Of a DNA stretch of 41,370 nucleotides, positions 27,711 to 37,673 are shown one piece after another (the stretch's first letter is position 1; every line of letters begins with the position of its first letter). Position numbers and translations under genes: made by a program. Under the pieces are notes generated by a model that saw only the letters and a list, made by a program, of their open reading frames with translations, was not told the DNA's origin and did no database searches. The stretch covers positions 1-41,370 of the forward strand of contig JBBSQY010000030.1 of NCBI GenBank assembly GCA_038243585.1, in the 5' to 3' direction. Source of the stretch: Candidatus Sumerlaeales bacterium. Its GTDB lineage: Bacteria > Sumerlaeota > Sumerlaeia > Sumerlaeales > Sumerlaeaceae.

Positions 27711-28900
27711 TGCTTGTTTAAAAGCTGAGTGATATGACGGCGATACTTTTCAAGAACTATGGGTAGGCCAAACGTCTCTTTGGCGAAGGCGATAGACTTG
27801 TAATGACAACGTTGCCAGAAGTCCACATTAGTAAACAATAAATCGATAAGCTCGGAACAGGTGTCCATGGATTCAGCGGCGTAAAATCCGGGACTTACCG
27901 GCGGGACGTCTGAGGAAGTAACCGGGTAAAGCAGATTGTTTGGGTTGTGACCCAGAGAAACCGCCGGAGCGCCGTTTTTCATGGCTTCAATAATGACGTT
28001 GGAAAAACCTTCAGCCTCCGAAGTGAGCACAAAAAGTCGCGCCTTCTGAAAATGCTGATTCACTTCCGTGGCCGAAACGCCGGGAAAAAACTGCACGTTC
28101 GGAAGCGTTTCAGCGCGCGATCGCGTTTGCGCGAGCAGGTCTGCGTGCTCGGCGCTCGGGGCCATAATCATGGTAAATTGGAAGTCCGGGTGCCGCTCCG
28201 CCAAATCCAGAAACAGCATAGGCCGTTTCATGGGGTGAGCGCGTCCGATCCAGATAACGCTTTTCCGTTGTTCAGGATCATGGGCAATAGAATCGTCCGG
28301 CGGCATTAAATGGCCGTTGGGTATGATGATGGCGTTTATGTTGTAATTCGCGGCCAGCGCATCGACCTGGCTCTGGGTTTGGGCAATCACGAGATCCGCC
28401 CGTCGTAAGCAGTAGAGAAAAATTTTGGGAGCGAAGCGCGATCCTGAAAAAATTTTCTGGGTCAGGTCTATCAGATTCGTTTCCCAATCGTGCTCAATTC
28501 GGAAAACATATTTACCCCTCACCGCTTTGGCTGCAAAATACGCAACCGACGCTTCGCGAGAGGCGAGCTTTGAGAAATAGATGTCTCCGCGCTGGCGGGT
28601 AAGAGCACGAAAAAGCCTTGAAAAATATTGCAGAATGACCTGCCGCCGTTTTAACAGACCAGTCTTATAACTGACCGGGGCTGCGGGAGGAACGGGATGT
28701 AGTGTTAAACCCCCAAATTTCTCAGGTCGCTCCATCTCCCCCGCAAGAGTAAGTGCGCGAACGTCATAGGTTTCATCCTCAGCCAGCCCCAAGGCCACAT
28801 TCCACATCTCTGTTTCAGCACCCCCAAAACCGCTGGGGAGTCCCATTGCCAATGGATAGAGTTGTGTGGCGAAAAATATTAGTCTGGGGCGTAAAAGCAT
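27707..28900 (-). CDS. glycosyltransferase family 4
   Basis: GGAE, IIPNG, WIGRAHPMKRP, TSEAEGFSNVIIEAM (Ex7E). Confidence 0.9.
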   Translation of the reverse strand: MLLRPRLIFFATQLYPLAMGLPSGFGGAETEMWNVALGLAEDETYDVRALTLAGEMERPEKFGGLTLHPVPPAAPVSYKTGLLKRRQVILQYFSRLFRALTRQRGDIYFSKLASREASVAYFAAKAVRGKYVFRIEHDWETNLIDLTQKIFSGSRFAPKIFLYCLRRADLVIAQTQSQVDALAANYNINAIIIPNGHLMPPDDSIAHDPEQRKSVIWIGRAHPMKRPMLFLDLAERHPDFQFTMIMAPSAEHADLLAQTRSRAETLPNVQFFPGVSATEVNQHFQKARLFVLTSEAEGFSNVIIEAMKNGAPAVSLGHNPNNLLYPVTSSDVPPVSPGFYAAESMDTCSELIDLLFTNVDFWQRCHYKSIAFAKETFGLPIVLEKYRRHITQLLNKQ

Positions 28901-28997
28901 AAACGGAAAATCGATTGTCGCGCGCAGTGGGTCAACACCAATAATTCACTATAGGGAGATCGACGAATCTGTACGCCGTGTAGGGCCTAAAACGGCT

Positions 28998-29024
28998 GAG
29001 GCCGGGCAGTTTATGCCCGGCCTC
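28998..29024 (-). terminator. probable intrinsic terminator of dnaK
   Basis: GAGGCCGGGCA-GTTTA-TGCCCGGCCTC, 26 nt past the stop; weak U-tract. Confidence 0.65.
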
Positions 29025-29050
29025 GCGTTACTTTTCGTTGTCGGTGTTGC

Positions 29051-30955
29051 TTATTTCTTTTCGTCGTCTACGATTTCGCCTTCGACTACTTCTGGCTCAT
29101 CCTGGGCGGGTTGTCCGCCTGGTGCGCCTTCAGGGCCGGCTTCGGGTCCCGGAGCGCCCTGCTGGGCATATTGCGCTTCGCCCAGTTTCTGCGCCACGGT
29201 TTGCAGGTTCTCTGTGCCGGACTTGATAGCATCTTTGTCGTTGCCGTCGAGAGCGCGTTTCAGGGCGGAGACGGCGTCCTCGATTTCAGACTTCGCCGCC
29301 GGGTCCACTTTGTCACCCGCTTCTTTAAGTGCGCGTTCCGTGCTGTAGACGAGGTTGTCCGCATCGTTGCGAATACCTACTTCTTCTTTGCGGGCGGCGT
29401 CTTCCGCAGCGTGATCTTCCGCGTCGCGAACCATGCGCTTGATTTCTTCTTCGTTCAATCCGCTTGACGCCGTGATCTTGATGGACTGTTCCTTGCCGGT
29501 ATCCAGATCCTTCGCGCTCACGTGTACTATGCCGTTGGCGTCGATGTCGAAAGTGACTTCGATCTGTGGTGTGCCCCGCTGAGCTGGACGGATGCCTTCA
29601 AGATCGAATTTGCCGAGGGTGCGGTTATGCGATGCAATTTCCCGCTCGCCCTGCATCACGTGGATCGACACTGCCGGCTGATTGTCGGAGGCTGTCGAAA
29701 ACACCTGATTTTTCTTGGTAGGAATAGTGGTGTTACGTTCGATGAGCTTGGTAAAGACTCCGCCCAGGGTTTCGATGCCCAGGGACAGCGGCGTTACGTC
29801 GAGCAGAAGAACGTCAGTCACTTCACCGCCAAGCACGCCACCCTGAATCGCGGCGCCAATGGCCACCACTTCATCGGGGTTTACGCCCTTGTTGGGTTCC
29901 TTACCGAAAAACTCTTTCACCTTCTGCTGCACGAGAGGCGTACGGGTCGAGCCGCCGACCAGAATAACTTCATCTATGTCGGAGACCTTCAGCCCGGCGT
30001 CTGCAACAGCCTTGCGGCATGGCTCAATGGATTGCTCCACAAGTTCCATGACAAGCTGCTCAAACTTTGAACGGGTCAGGTCCATGTTCAGATGCTTTGG
30101 TCCGCTGGCGTCGGCAGTGATAAACGGCAGATTGATGTTTGTGCTCATGGAAGAGCTCAATTCGATCTTCGCCTTCTCAGCCGCCTCTTTCAGACGTTGG
30201 AGAGCCATCGGATCCGTGCGAAGGTCGATGCCGTTTTCTTTGCGGTATTCGTCTGCGATGTAATCAATGAGACGCTGATCGAAGTCGTCGCCGCCCAGAT
30301 GGGTGTCGCCGTTGGTGCTCTTTACTTCGAACACCCCTTCGCCCAGTTCCAACACGGAGATATCGAAAGTGCCGCCGCCGAGATCATACACGGCGATCAT
30401 CTCTTCCTTCTTCTTGTCCAAACCATAGGCCAGCGCAGCCGCTGTCGGCTCGTTGATGATGCGAAGCACTTCCAGCCCGGCGATTCGTCCGGCGTCTTTG
30501 GTGGCCTGACGCTGGCTGTCGTTAAAGTAAGCAGGAACCGTGATAACGGCCTGAGTCACTTTTTCGCCCAGATAATCTTCCGCGGTCTGCTTCATCTTCT
30601 GCAGGATGCGGGCGGAAATCTCCGGCGGAGAATATACCTTGTCCTGGATTTCCACGGCGGCGTCGCCGTTATCGGTTTTGACTATTTTGTAGGGAACACG
30701 GGCCTGCTCAGTTTTGATTTCGTCAGGCTTGTGACCCATGAAGCGTTTGATGCTAAAGATGGTATTGTGCGGATTAGTGATGGCCTGGCGTTTGGCAACG
30801 GCGCCGACGAGCAGCTCACCGTTTTTTGCGTAAGCAACCACTGAAGGGGTTGTACGGCCACCTTCACTGTTCGGAATGACGACGGGCTCGCCGCCCTCCA
30901 TTACCGCAACGCAGCTGTTTGTTGTTCCAAGATCAATTCCTATTACTTTTCCCAT
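29051..30955 (-). CDS. dnaK: molecular chaperone DnaK
   Basis: [41 protein letters not shown]. Confidence 0.99.
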   Translation of the reverse strand: MGKVIGIDLGTTNSCVAVMEGGEPVVIPNSEGGRTTPSVVAYAKNGELLVGAVAKRQAITNPHNTIFSIKRFMGHKPDEIKTEQARVPYKIVKTDNGDAAVEIQDKVYSPPEISARILQKMKQTAEDYLGEKVTQAVITVPAYFNDSQRQATKDAGRIAGLEVLRIINEPTAAALAYGLDKKKEEMIAVYDLGGGTFDISVLELGEGVFEVKSTNGDTHLGGDDFDQRLIDYIADEYRKENGIDLRTDPMALQRLKEAAEKAKIELSSSMSTNINLPFITADASGPKHLNMDLTRSKFEQLVMELVEQSIEPCRKAVADAGLKVSDIDEVILVGGSTRTPLVQQKVKEFFGKEPNKGVNPDEVVAIGAAIQGGVLGGEVTDVLLLDVTPLSLGIETLGGVFTKLIERNTTIPTKKNQVFSTASDNQPAVSIHVMQGEREIASHNRTLGKFDLEGIRPAQRGTPQIEVTFDIDANGIVHVSAKDLDTGKEQSIKITASSGLNEEEIKRMVRDAEDHAAEDAARKEEVGIRNDADNLVYSTERALKEAGDKVDPAAKSEIEDAVSALKRALDGNDKDAIKSGTENLQTVAQKLGEAQYAQQGAPGPEAGPEGAPGGQPAQDEPEVVEGEIVDDEKK

Positions 30956-31026
30956 GGCTGGCTAGTTCCTGTTCATTAGAAAGTCGCTAAACAAAGCGGT
31001 CATATTGCCGCCGAACCCACAGATGG

Positions 31027-31042
31027 TGCAAAAAGAATACCG
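31027..31042 (-). promoter_or_regulatory. candidate sigma-54 promoter for dnaK
   Basis: CGGTATTCTTTTTGCA on the minus strand, GG-N10-GC, 72 nt upstream of the ATG. Confidence 0.55.
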
Positions 31043-31141
31043 AGGCAGGAAAAGTAGATGTATTGCACATGTAAACCATATAAAATCAATATCATGTAAT
31101 TTGAAAGTGCAGTTGATAGATAAGGGGAAAAGGATAGCTGG

Positions 31142-31156
31142 TGTCATAATGACACA
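31142..31156. promoter_or_regulatory. palindromic candidate activator/operator site
   Basis: GTGTCAT-A-ATGACAC, 100 nt upstream of the candidate -24 element. Confidence 0.45.
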
Positions 31157-31249
31157 CGCTGAATTAAGAGCCGGATTTTATGGGTCAGGGGCATATGCGG
31201 CCCGAAATACATCCGGCAGGACGCCGTCCCTCTCTGCCTGCGACCAAAC

Positions 31250-31663
31250 TTATTCCCTGCCAGGCGGCTTTCGATTTGCCTTTTTCTCGGAATGACGGCT
31301 TTTGTCTTCGAGAACTTTTTCTTTCGCGCGCTTGCTGCGCTTTCGTTTCTGACGCCGGATTTTCTCAGCCCGCTGCTGCTCCGCGCTGGCGGCACCCAGT
31401 TTTATTGTTTCAATCTTATCAGCCAGAATCTTTCGCGCATAATAACGGTTCATGCCCTGGGTGCGGCTCTGCTGGCATTTGACTTCAATGCCCGATGGCA
31501 GATGTTTCAACTGAACACAGGTGGCAACCTTGTTAACGTTCTGCCCGCCATTTCCCCCGCTGCGGATAAAGGACTCAGTGACGTCCTCAGGCTTAATATC
31601 AAGATCGGCCCAGCGCTTCCAAAGTGCGTTTTCCTTTTCTTCACTTACGCCAAATAGGGGCAT
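31250..31663 (-). CDS. GGQ-domain peptidyl-tRNA hydrolase / release-factor-like ribosome rescue protein
   Basis: RSGGNGGQNVNKVATCVQL; basic tail RRQKRKRSKRAK; no codon-recognition domains. Confidence 0.88.
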   Translation of the reverse strand: MPLFGVSEEKENALWKRWADLDIKPEDVTESFIRSGGNGGQNVNKVATCVQLKHLPSGIEVKCQQSRTQGMNRYYARKILADKIETIKLGAASAEQQRAEKIRRQKRKRSKRAKEKVLEDKSRHSEKKANRKPPGRE

Positions 31664-31701
31664 GGCGAATATCCGGGCTGACTGTCGTTCAAGCGGACTT
31701 T

Positions 31702-31808
31702 TGACACAAAGGCACGAAGGCAGAAAGATTTTAAGAGGAACAAGAAGATTTGATTAAAAGCTTTCTTGTTTCTTTTGCTAAATTTTGTGTCTTTGAACCT
31801 TTGGGTCA
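31702..31808. repeat. ~107-nt imperfect long inverted repeat, family D
   Basis: TGACACAAAGGCACGAAGGCAGAAAGATTTTA...TAAATTTTGTGTCTTTGAACCTTTGGGTCA, with inner AACAAGAA/TTCTTGTT pairing. Confidence 0.65.
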
Positions 31809-31833
31809 TATTCGTCATTTCACGTTTGATTGG

Positions 31834-33177
31834 TTAACCGGAACGGCTTTCCTCACACTTGATCGGCTTGGTCTTTTCGTTGCACGGCCGTCCAATGCTG
31901 TAGTATTCGATGCCCAGTTTTCGCAGTTTTTCCGGTGAGTAGATGTTCCGTCCGTCGAAGATGATCGGCGTGTTCATCACCGCTTTAATCTTATCCAGAT
32001 TCAACAGCTTAAACTCGTTCCAGTCCGTCACCACCACCAGCGCGTCGCAGCCCTCGGCGACCTGGTAGGCGCTGTCGCAGAATACGACGTCGCTACGCAG
32101 CAGCTTTTTCGCACCCTCGGCCGCTATCGGATCATATACTCGAATCGCCGCGCCCTTGCCTTGCAGCGCTTCGATAATCTCCAGGCTTTTGGCTTCCCGC
32201 AGATCGTCGGTATTTGGTTTAAACGCAAGGCCGAGGATGCCCAGGGTCTTGCCGTTCAGGTCGCCCATGCGTTCTTCAATGCGGCGCAGGAAGCGGGGCA
32301 CGCGGTCGGCGTTAATCTCAATGACGGAGTCAAATAGCGCGGTGGTCTCACCGAACTTGCCCGCCACGTGACGCAGCGACAGGGTATCTTTCGGGAAGCA
32401 TGATCCACCGTAGCCCAGTCCCGCCTGCAGAAATTCTTTGCCGATGCGGGTATCGTAGCCCATGCCCTTAGCCACCTGGGTAATGTCGGCCCCGGCTTTT
32501 TCACAGATGTTGGCGATGGAGTTAATAAAACTGATCTTCGTGGCCAGAAACGCGTTGGAGGCGTACTTGATCATCTCGGCGCTTTCCACGTCGGTGATCA
32601 GCATGGGTTTTTCGATAGGCGCATAAAGTTCAAGGAGGTTCATGGCGACGGTCTGGCTGGGAGCGCCAATCACGATGCGGTCGGGATCCAGGCTGTCCTG
32701 AATGGCGGAACCCTCTTTCAGGAATTCCGGACATGAAACCACGTCAAATTCCACACCGGGCCGGCAGTTATCGCGAATCACCCGGCGCACAAAATCCCCC
32801 GTGCCCACCGGCACCGTGCTCTTGTTTACCACCACTTTGTACTCGGTCATGTGCTCGGCGATTTCGCGGGCGACAGCTTCGATGAAGATGAGGTCGGTTT
32901 CGCCGTCGTCTTTCGGCGGGGTGCCGACGGCGATAAATATAACCGTCGAGCGGCGTACACCCTCCGCCAGATCGGTCGAAAAGGTCAGTCGATTTTCTTC
33001 GGTGTTGCGCTTCACCATCTCTTCGAGGCCGGGCTCATAGATGGGCATAATCCCATCCTGAAGCATCGCGACCTTGTCGGCGTCTTTATCTATGCAGACG
33101 ACATCGTTGCCAAGATCAGCAAACACAGTACCTGTTACCAAACCAACATAACCAGTTCCAACGACACAAACGTTCAT
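31834..33177 (-). CDS. ugd: UDP-glucose 6-dehydrogenase
   Basis: GTGYVGL, IAVGTP, KSTVPVGT, PEFLKEG, KYASNAFLA, GYGGSCFPKD, FKPNTDDLRE. Confidence 0.95.
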   Translation of the reverse strand: MNVCVVGTGYVGLVTGTVFADLGNDVVCIDKDADKVAMLQDGIMPIYEPGLEEMVKRNTEENRLTFSTDLAEGVRRSTVIFIAVGTPPKDDGETDLIFIEAVAREIAEHMTEYKVVVNKSTVPVGTGDFVRRVIRDNCRPGVEFDVVSCPEFLKEGSAIQDSLDPDRIVIGAPSQTVAMNLLELYAPIEKPMLITDVESAEMIKYASNAFLATKISFINSIANICEKAGADITQVAKGMGYDTRIGKEFLQAGLGYGGSCFPKDTLSLRHVAGKFGETTALFDSVIEINADRVPRFLRRIEERMGDLNGKTLGILGLAFKPNTDDLREAKSLEIIEALQGKGAAIRVYDPIAAEGAKKLLRSDVVFCDSAYQVAEGCDALVVVTDWNEFKLLNLDKIKAVMNTPIIFDGRNIYSPEKLRKLGIEYYSIGRPCNEKTKPIKCEESRSG

Positions 33178-33318
33178 CTATTTCGCATATCCTGTAGTGT
33201 AAGTAGAGTAAAATACCGCGCAGAGAGACAGGGGCATTTACAAAATCGACAGAATAACACCCTAAAAAATTCGGTGTTCCTCAGGGAACAGTGGGCACGA
33301 ATGGAATGCGAGGCGAAA

Positions 33319-34443
33319 ATGACGGAAACAGCGCGGTATAAAGCGAGCGGATGCGGGCCTGGTTGCAGCGATACCCTGGACCACGGGGAAGCATGGGTCT
33401 CTCCTGCGGGCGCATCATTTCAAGGGGAAACGGCAGCATTTCTTTTGCCGATGGACGGCCTGCGGATTGACCGAGCGGGAGCCACCGGTGATACGATTCG
33501 ATTCTCGAACCCCGCCCACCCGGACTGGTTTATCAGCACAACGCAGCTGGCCATCATGCGGGAGCCGATGCTGGTGAGCAGGGCGGACCTGAAGACAAGC
33601 GTGAAATCGGTGCGCCGCACTGGCTTTTGTTGCCTGGCTGGTTGCATGGGGGCCATTATACTGGCGATTGTGTTAGTTGTGGCCCTGATCGCAAGCCGGG
33701 ATTTGCTGGTGGGCTCGCTCACGAATCATTTTCCGCCGGAACTGGAGAAGCGGATTGGCGACGTGATGGTGACGACAGTGGCACCGCCGGCGGGTCGGCT
33801 GGACGATCTGGAGCTGGTGACCAGCCTTAACGCCATAGCCGCGCCCGTGCTGGCCGCGGTGCCGGCCGATGAAGGCTTTACGTCCTTTACACTATATCTC
33901 TCCGCCGATCCTACCCCAAACGCCTTTGCTTTGCCAGGCGGACACATCATCGTCAACGCGGGTCTGATTATGACGGCCGAAAACCCGGAAGAAGTCGCAG
34001 GTGTAATCGCTCACGAGGCCGGCCACGCGGCCCTGCGCCACGGGCTTCAATCGATTATCAGCCAGATGGGAACCAGTGCTTTTATTGGTCTGATGGCGGG
34101 GGATGCCGGGGGATTGACTGCTGTCCTGACCGATGGCGGCGGTTACCTGCTCAACCAGAAATACAGCCGCGATTTCGAGCGGCAGGCAGATGAAAAGGCG
34201 TGGGAGTACTTAATGCGGGCCAATGTGAATCCGGCGGGGCTGGTTTCGTTTTTTGAAAAACTCAAAGGGCTGGAGAGCGGCGGCAGCGTCCCGGCGATAC
34301 TAAGCACGCACCCGGCCACGGATGAACGGATCCAGGCGCTGGAGACGCGGCTTCAGGCCCTGCCCAAGGACAAAACCTGGAAGGCGCTCAAAGTCGATTA
34401 CCCAGCCTTCAAGGCGGCCGTGACGCGAAGTTTAGAGCCGTAG
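33319..34443 (+). CDS. M48 family metallopeptidase
   Basis: PNAFALPGG, AHEAGH (HExxH), YSRDFERQAD, LSTHP; start reassigned to ATG 33319. Confidence 0.9.
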   Translation: MTETARYKASGCGPGCSDTLDHGEAWVSPAGASFQGETAAFLLPMDGLRIDRAGATGDTIRFSNPAHPDWFISTTQLAIMREPMLVSRADLKTSVKSVRRTGFCCLAGCMGAIILAIVLVVALIASRDLLVGSLTNHFPPELEKRIGDVMVTTVAPPAGRLDDLELVTSLNAIAAPVLAAVPADEGFTSFTLYLSADPTPNAFALPGGHIIVNAGLIMTAENPEEVAGVIAHEAGHAALRHGLQSIISQMGTSAFIGLMAGDAGGLTAVLTDGGGYLLNQKYSRDFERQADEKAWEYLMRANVNPAGLVSFFEKLKGLESGGSVPAILSTHPATDERIQALETRLQALPKDKTWKALKVDYPAFKAAVTRSLEP

Positions 34444-34470
34444 GCTGCATTACGACCAGGGTTTAAGACG

Positions 34471-34516
34471 AAAAAACCGGGTGACGTGCTATTGCACATC
34501 ACCCGGTTCGATTTTT
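34471..34516. terminator. bidirectional intrinsic terminator between the M48 gene and tig
   Basis: AAAAAACCGGGTGACGTGC-TATT-GCACATCACCCGGTTCGATTTTT. Confidence 0.8.
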
Positions 34517-34539
34517 CCGCTGGCCTGTTGAGGTCTGCG

Positions 34540-36054
34540 TTATTCTTTTTCTGTTTTCTTTGCCGGCTTCTTGTCGTCGTTAGCTGTTTCTGTGGATTCG
34601 GAAGCTGTGGCGTCTACCGGCTTTTTGCCTGTGGTCAGATCGGAGGTGTGGACGTGATCTGATTCGTGTTCGGCGGCGGCGGGTGATTCTTCTTCTTTTG
34701 CTGCTACGTAGGTGATGTTATTTTCTTTCAGCAGGAACTCGCGAATCTTCTCGAAGCGAACCTGCTCCAGGAAACGAGCCCACTGTTTGTTGCGCTCCAG
34801 GCTGGCCCGCACGGCTACTGGCTTGCGGCCCTGCTCCTGGCCCTGCTCTTCGAGCGCCTTCTGGATGTCCTCATCGGCCACTTCGATGTTCTCTTTTTTG
34901 CCGATGGCGTCGATCAGCAGAAATCCTTTAACCCGCTGCACAGCATCCTGGTCCAGCACTTTGCCGTATTCTTCCGGCTCAGCTACGTTTTGCAGGCGCG
35001 GCGGACGATAGCCCGTGCTGCGCAGATACTGCATGTCGCTTTCAGCCATTTCTTTTTGTACGTGCTGCTTCAAAGCTTCAGGGATGTCAAAATCATGGGC
35101 TTCAACGAGTTTAAGCGTCAGCGCTTCGAAGGCTTCGTCGGCTTTGGAGCTGTTTACGACTTTTTCCAGTTCCGCTAGCGTCTTTGCCCGCAGCTCGGAT
35201 TCGTCTGCAAATCCGACGTCTTTTGCGAAATCGTCGTTGATCTCGGGAACTTTCTTTTCTTTTACGGCCTTGACGGTTATGGAGTAATGTACCTCCGCAA
35301 CCTGCACTTCAAACTGTTCACCGGCTTTTTTGTCGGCCAGTGCGGTCACTACCTCAGGTTGCAGGTTTGTGGACGCATTATCGATGAACTGGTTTGCTTT
35401 GTGGCTGAGGGTCTTGCCCTTTTCGCCGACCAGCTTATAATCGATGACGACGCCGTCTCCCTGCTGCCAGCCGCGTTCCACTTCTTCAAACACGGCATTC
35501 TGCTCGCGCAGCTCAGTCAGGCGATTGCTTACTGCGTCCTCGGGAAGCGGATGATCGGTTGCTTCCACGTCCAGGCCCTTGTACTTGCCCGGAACGATCT
35601 CTGGCTTGATTTCCATCTCGAGAGTGATGGTTACCGGTTCGCCGTCTTTGGCGTTGTATTCGGTGATCAGCGGCGTGCCATAGATGACAAGCTTTTTGTC
35701 TGCTTCGTAATCGCGGACGATAAGCGGCGAAATCTTTTCCACCAGCTCGTTTACGGCGCCGTCGCGATAACGCTTTTGCAGCAGGCTCATGGGGGCTTTG
35801 CCCTTGCGGAAGCCCGGCAGGGTTGCCTGAGCCTTTACATTCTTAAATAATTCTGCGAGACGACGATCCCATTCGGCCTGGTCAATTTCCACGCGAACCT
35901 TGCGGCGCGCTCCGGATGGATTTTCCTCGTCCAGCACCTTGAAAGTGATTTGATCTTCCTTGTGCTCGCGCACTTTTCCTACTGCGCTGTCCAGCGCTCC
36001 CTTGCTTTCGCCTTCAATGGCGGTAGCTTGTCCGCCTTCTTTTTCGTCAACCAC
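34540..36054 (-). CDS. tig: trigger factor
   Basis: LPGFRKGKAP ribosome-binding motif, VPEINDDFAK; GTG start with TAGGAG. Confidence 0.93.
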   Translation of the reverse strand: MVDEKEGGQATAIEGESKGALDSAVGKVREHKEDQITFKVLDEENPSGARRKVRVEIDQAEWDRRLAELFKNVKAQATLPGFRKGKAPMSLLQKRYRDGAVNELVEKISPLIVRDYEADKKLVIYGTPLITEYNAKDGEPVTITLEMEIKPEIVPGKYKGLDVEATDHPLPEDAVSNRLTELREQNAVFEEVERGWQQGDGVVIDYKLVGEKGKTLSHKANQFIDNASTNLQPEVVTALADKKAGEQFEVQVAEVHYSITVKAVKEKKVPEINDDFAKDVGFADESELRAKTLAELEKVVNSSKADEAFEALTLKLVEAHDFDIPEALKQHVQKEMAESDMQYLRSTGYRPPRLQNVAEPEEYGKVLDQDAVQRVKGFLLIDAIGKKENIEVADEDIQKALEEQGQEQGRKPVAVRASLERNKQWARFLEQVRFEKIREFLLKENNITYVAAKEEESPAAAEHESDHVHTSDLTTGKKPVDATASESTETANDDKKPAKKTEKE

Positions 36055-36129
36055 GAGTCAGTTCTCCTAAAGTGTGAGCCGGTGTACAAACGGTTCTTTA
36101 TAACGCAGAAATTAGTATTGCTTCATAAA

Positions 36130-36161
36130 TCAGATAGGATGAGAATCCCGTCTGACCCTAC
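36130..36161 (-). repeat. GTAG-led imperfect hairpin (REP-like)
   Basis: Minus strand GTAGGG-TCAGACGGGAT-TCTC-ATCCTATCTGA. Confidence 0.45.
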
Positions 36162-36203
36162 GCCCGCAACAATTTTCTGAAACATAAATGCTTCACAAAG
36201 GTG

Positions 36204-37178
36204 CTACTTTATATCCTGCTCCCGCGTCCATGCGACCACCCGGTCAATAATATCGTCAATTCCGCGTGTCGGAGCAAAGCCGGTAAGCGATTGGATTTTT
36301 GATAAATCCGGAACTCGCCGCACCAGATCTTCGAAATTTTCATCGTAAGCTTTTTCGAAGGAAACGGATTCAATTGGGCTGGAGCTGGAACATTTCTCCG
36401 TTATTTTCCGGGCTAGATCGGCTATGGTAATTTCAAAGTCGTTGCCTATATTAAAGACGTTTCCTGTCGCGGCGGGCGTGTTCATCAGGCCGACCAGACC
36501 GTCGACCACATCGCTCACGTCTGCGAACGCGCGGCTCTGGGTTCCGTCTCCGTATACGGTGAGAGGCTTTCCATCGAGGGCCTGTCGCACAAAACGGGGT
36601 ATTACCATGCCGTATTGACCGGTCTGGCGCGGGCCAACGGTGTTAAAAAGCCTCGCGATGACAACCGGCATCTTTTGCTCATGGTAATAGGCCAGCGCCA
36701 GGAATTCGTCTATGGCCTTGGAGCAGGCATAGGCCCAGCGCGGGCGCGTGGTCGAGCCAAATACCAGGTCGTCTCCCTCAGCGAACGGGACGCGGGCGCT
36801 TTTTCCATAGACTTCGCTGGTGGACGTGATCAGCACCGGTCGGCCTTTTCGCGCAGCCAGCGAGAGGACGATCTCGGTGCCGCGGATATTGGTCTCTATG
36901 GTATGCACCGGCTGTTCCACTATCAGTCTGACTCCCACGGCGGCGGCCAGATGCCAGACGCGGTCTGTCCGGTCTATCAGTTCCGTCATCAGCGGAACAT
37001 CCATGATAGATCCTATGTGAACCGTAAGATTAGGGTGGGACCGGCAGGCGTCGAGATTTTTAATGGCGCCGGTGGAGAGATCGTCGACAACCGTGACGGC
37101 TTCGCCCGCGGCCAGCAGCTTTTCCACCAGGTGCGAGCCCACAAAGCCTGATCCACCGGTAACCAGATTATGGTTCAT
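36204..37178 (-). CDS. NAD-dependent nucleotide-sugar epimerase/dehydratase
   Basis: VTGGSGFVGSH, HLAAAVG, STSEVYG, YACSK, RLFNTVGPRQ; start reassigned to ATG 37178. Confidence 0.93.
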   Translation of the reverse strand: MNHNLVTGGSGFVGSHLVEKLLAAGEAVTVVDDLSTGAIKNLDACRSHPNLTVHIGSIMDVPLMTELIDRTDRVWHLAAAVGVRLIVEQPVHTIETNIRGTEIVLSLAARKGRPVLITSTSEVYGKSARVPFAEGDDLVFGSTTRPRWAYACSKAIDEFLALAYYHEQKMPVVIARLFNTVGPRQTGQYGMVIPRFVRQALDGKPLTVYGDGTQSRAFADVSDVVDGLVGLMNTPAATGNVFNIGNDFEITIADLARKITEKCSSSSPIESVSFEKAYDENFEDLVRRVPDLSKIQSLTGFAPTRGIDDIIDRVVAWTREQDIK

Positions 37179-37200
37179 GTCGTGGACTTCGGGCTCATGG

Positions 37201-37533
37201 CTAATCCTCGCCGGGAATGCGGGGCGTGGTGCCGGCGATCTGCCCGGTAACGGCATCGGCGGCGCGGCGGGTGTTTTCTTCGATGTCCAGAAGAACATGG
37301 ATCACCTCAGACGCCGCAATAAGCGCTGCGGATATCACGAGGCTGCCAAATAATTGAAGCAGGAACGGCCCCAGGGCCTGCACGGACCCACGGGAAAGCA
37401 TTGCGAATACTCCGAACAGGAATATGGTGACGCCAAAGCCAAGGGTAAGAAATCCCAGAAGCTTGATCAGCAGGCTTATAAGTGGCAGCGACGCATAGCG
37501 CGACGTGATGGGTCGATGTTTATGATCAGTCAT
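37201..37533 (-). CDS. small two-TM membrane protein
   Basis: Two hydrophobic helices followed by LLDIEENTRR. Confidence 0.7.
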   Translation of the reverse strand: MTDHKHRPITSRYASLPLISLLIKLLGFLTLGFGVTIFLFGVFAMLSRGSVQALGPFLLQLFGSLVISAALIAASEVIHVLLDIEENTRRAADAVTGQIAGTTPRIPGED

Positions 37534-37673
37534 TTAATGGGTTATTAGTCTTTCGTAGTGCTCATATTGTCGGCAGCCATTAACATTTATTGTTAACTGG
37601 TGGGCATATGGTTTTTGCTTTTTCACGAACAATGCGTTTGACGGCGCGCATTCAAAGGTAAACAAGTATACAG

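Noticed and set aside
29111..30844. Long plus-strand ORFs antisense to dnaK
   Set aside because: Shadow ORFs typical of GC-rich Hsp70 genes; no SD or family motifs.
32851..33318. N-terminal extension of the M48 ORF
   Set aside because: Overlaps ugd antisense; a better start with SD-like GAGG exists at 33319.
36055..36203. tRNA upstream of tig
   Set aside because: No cloverleaf or T-loop GTTCRA motif seen.
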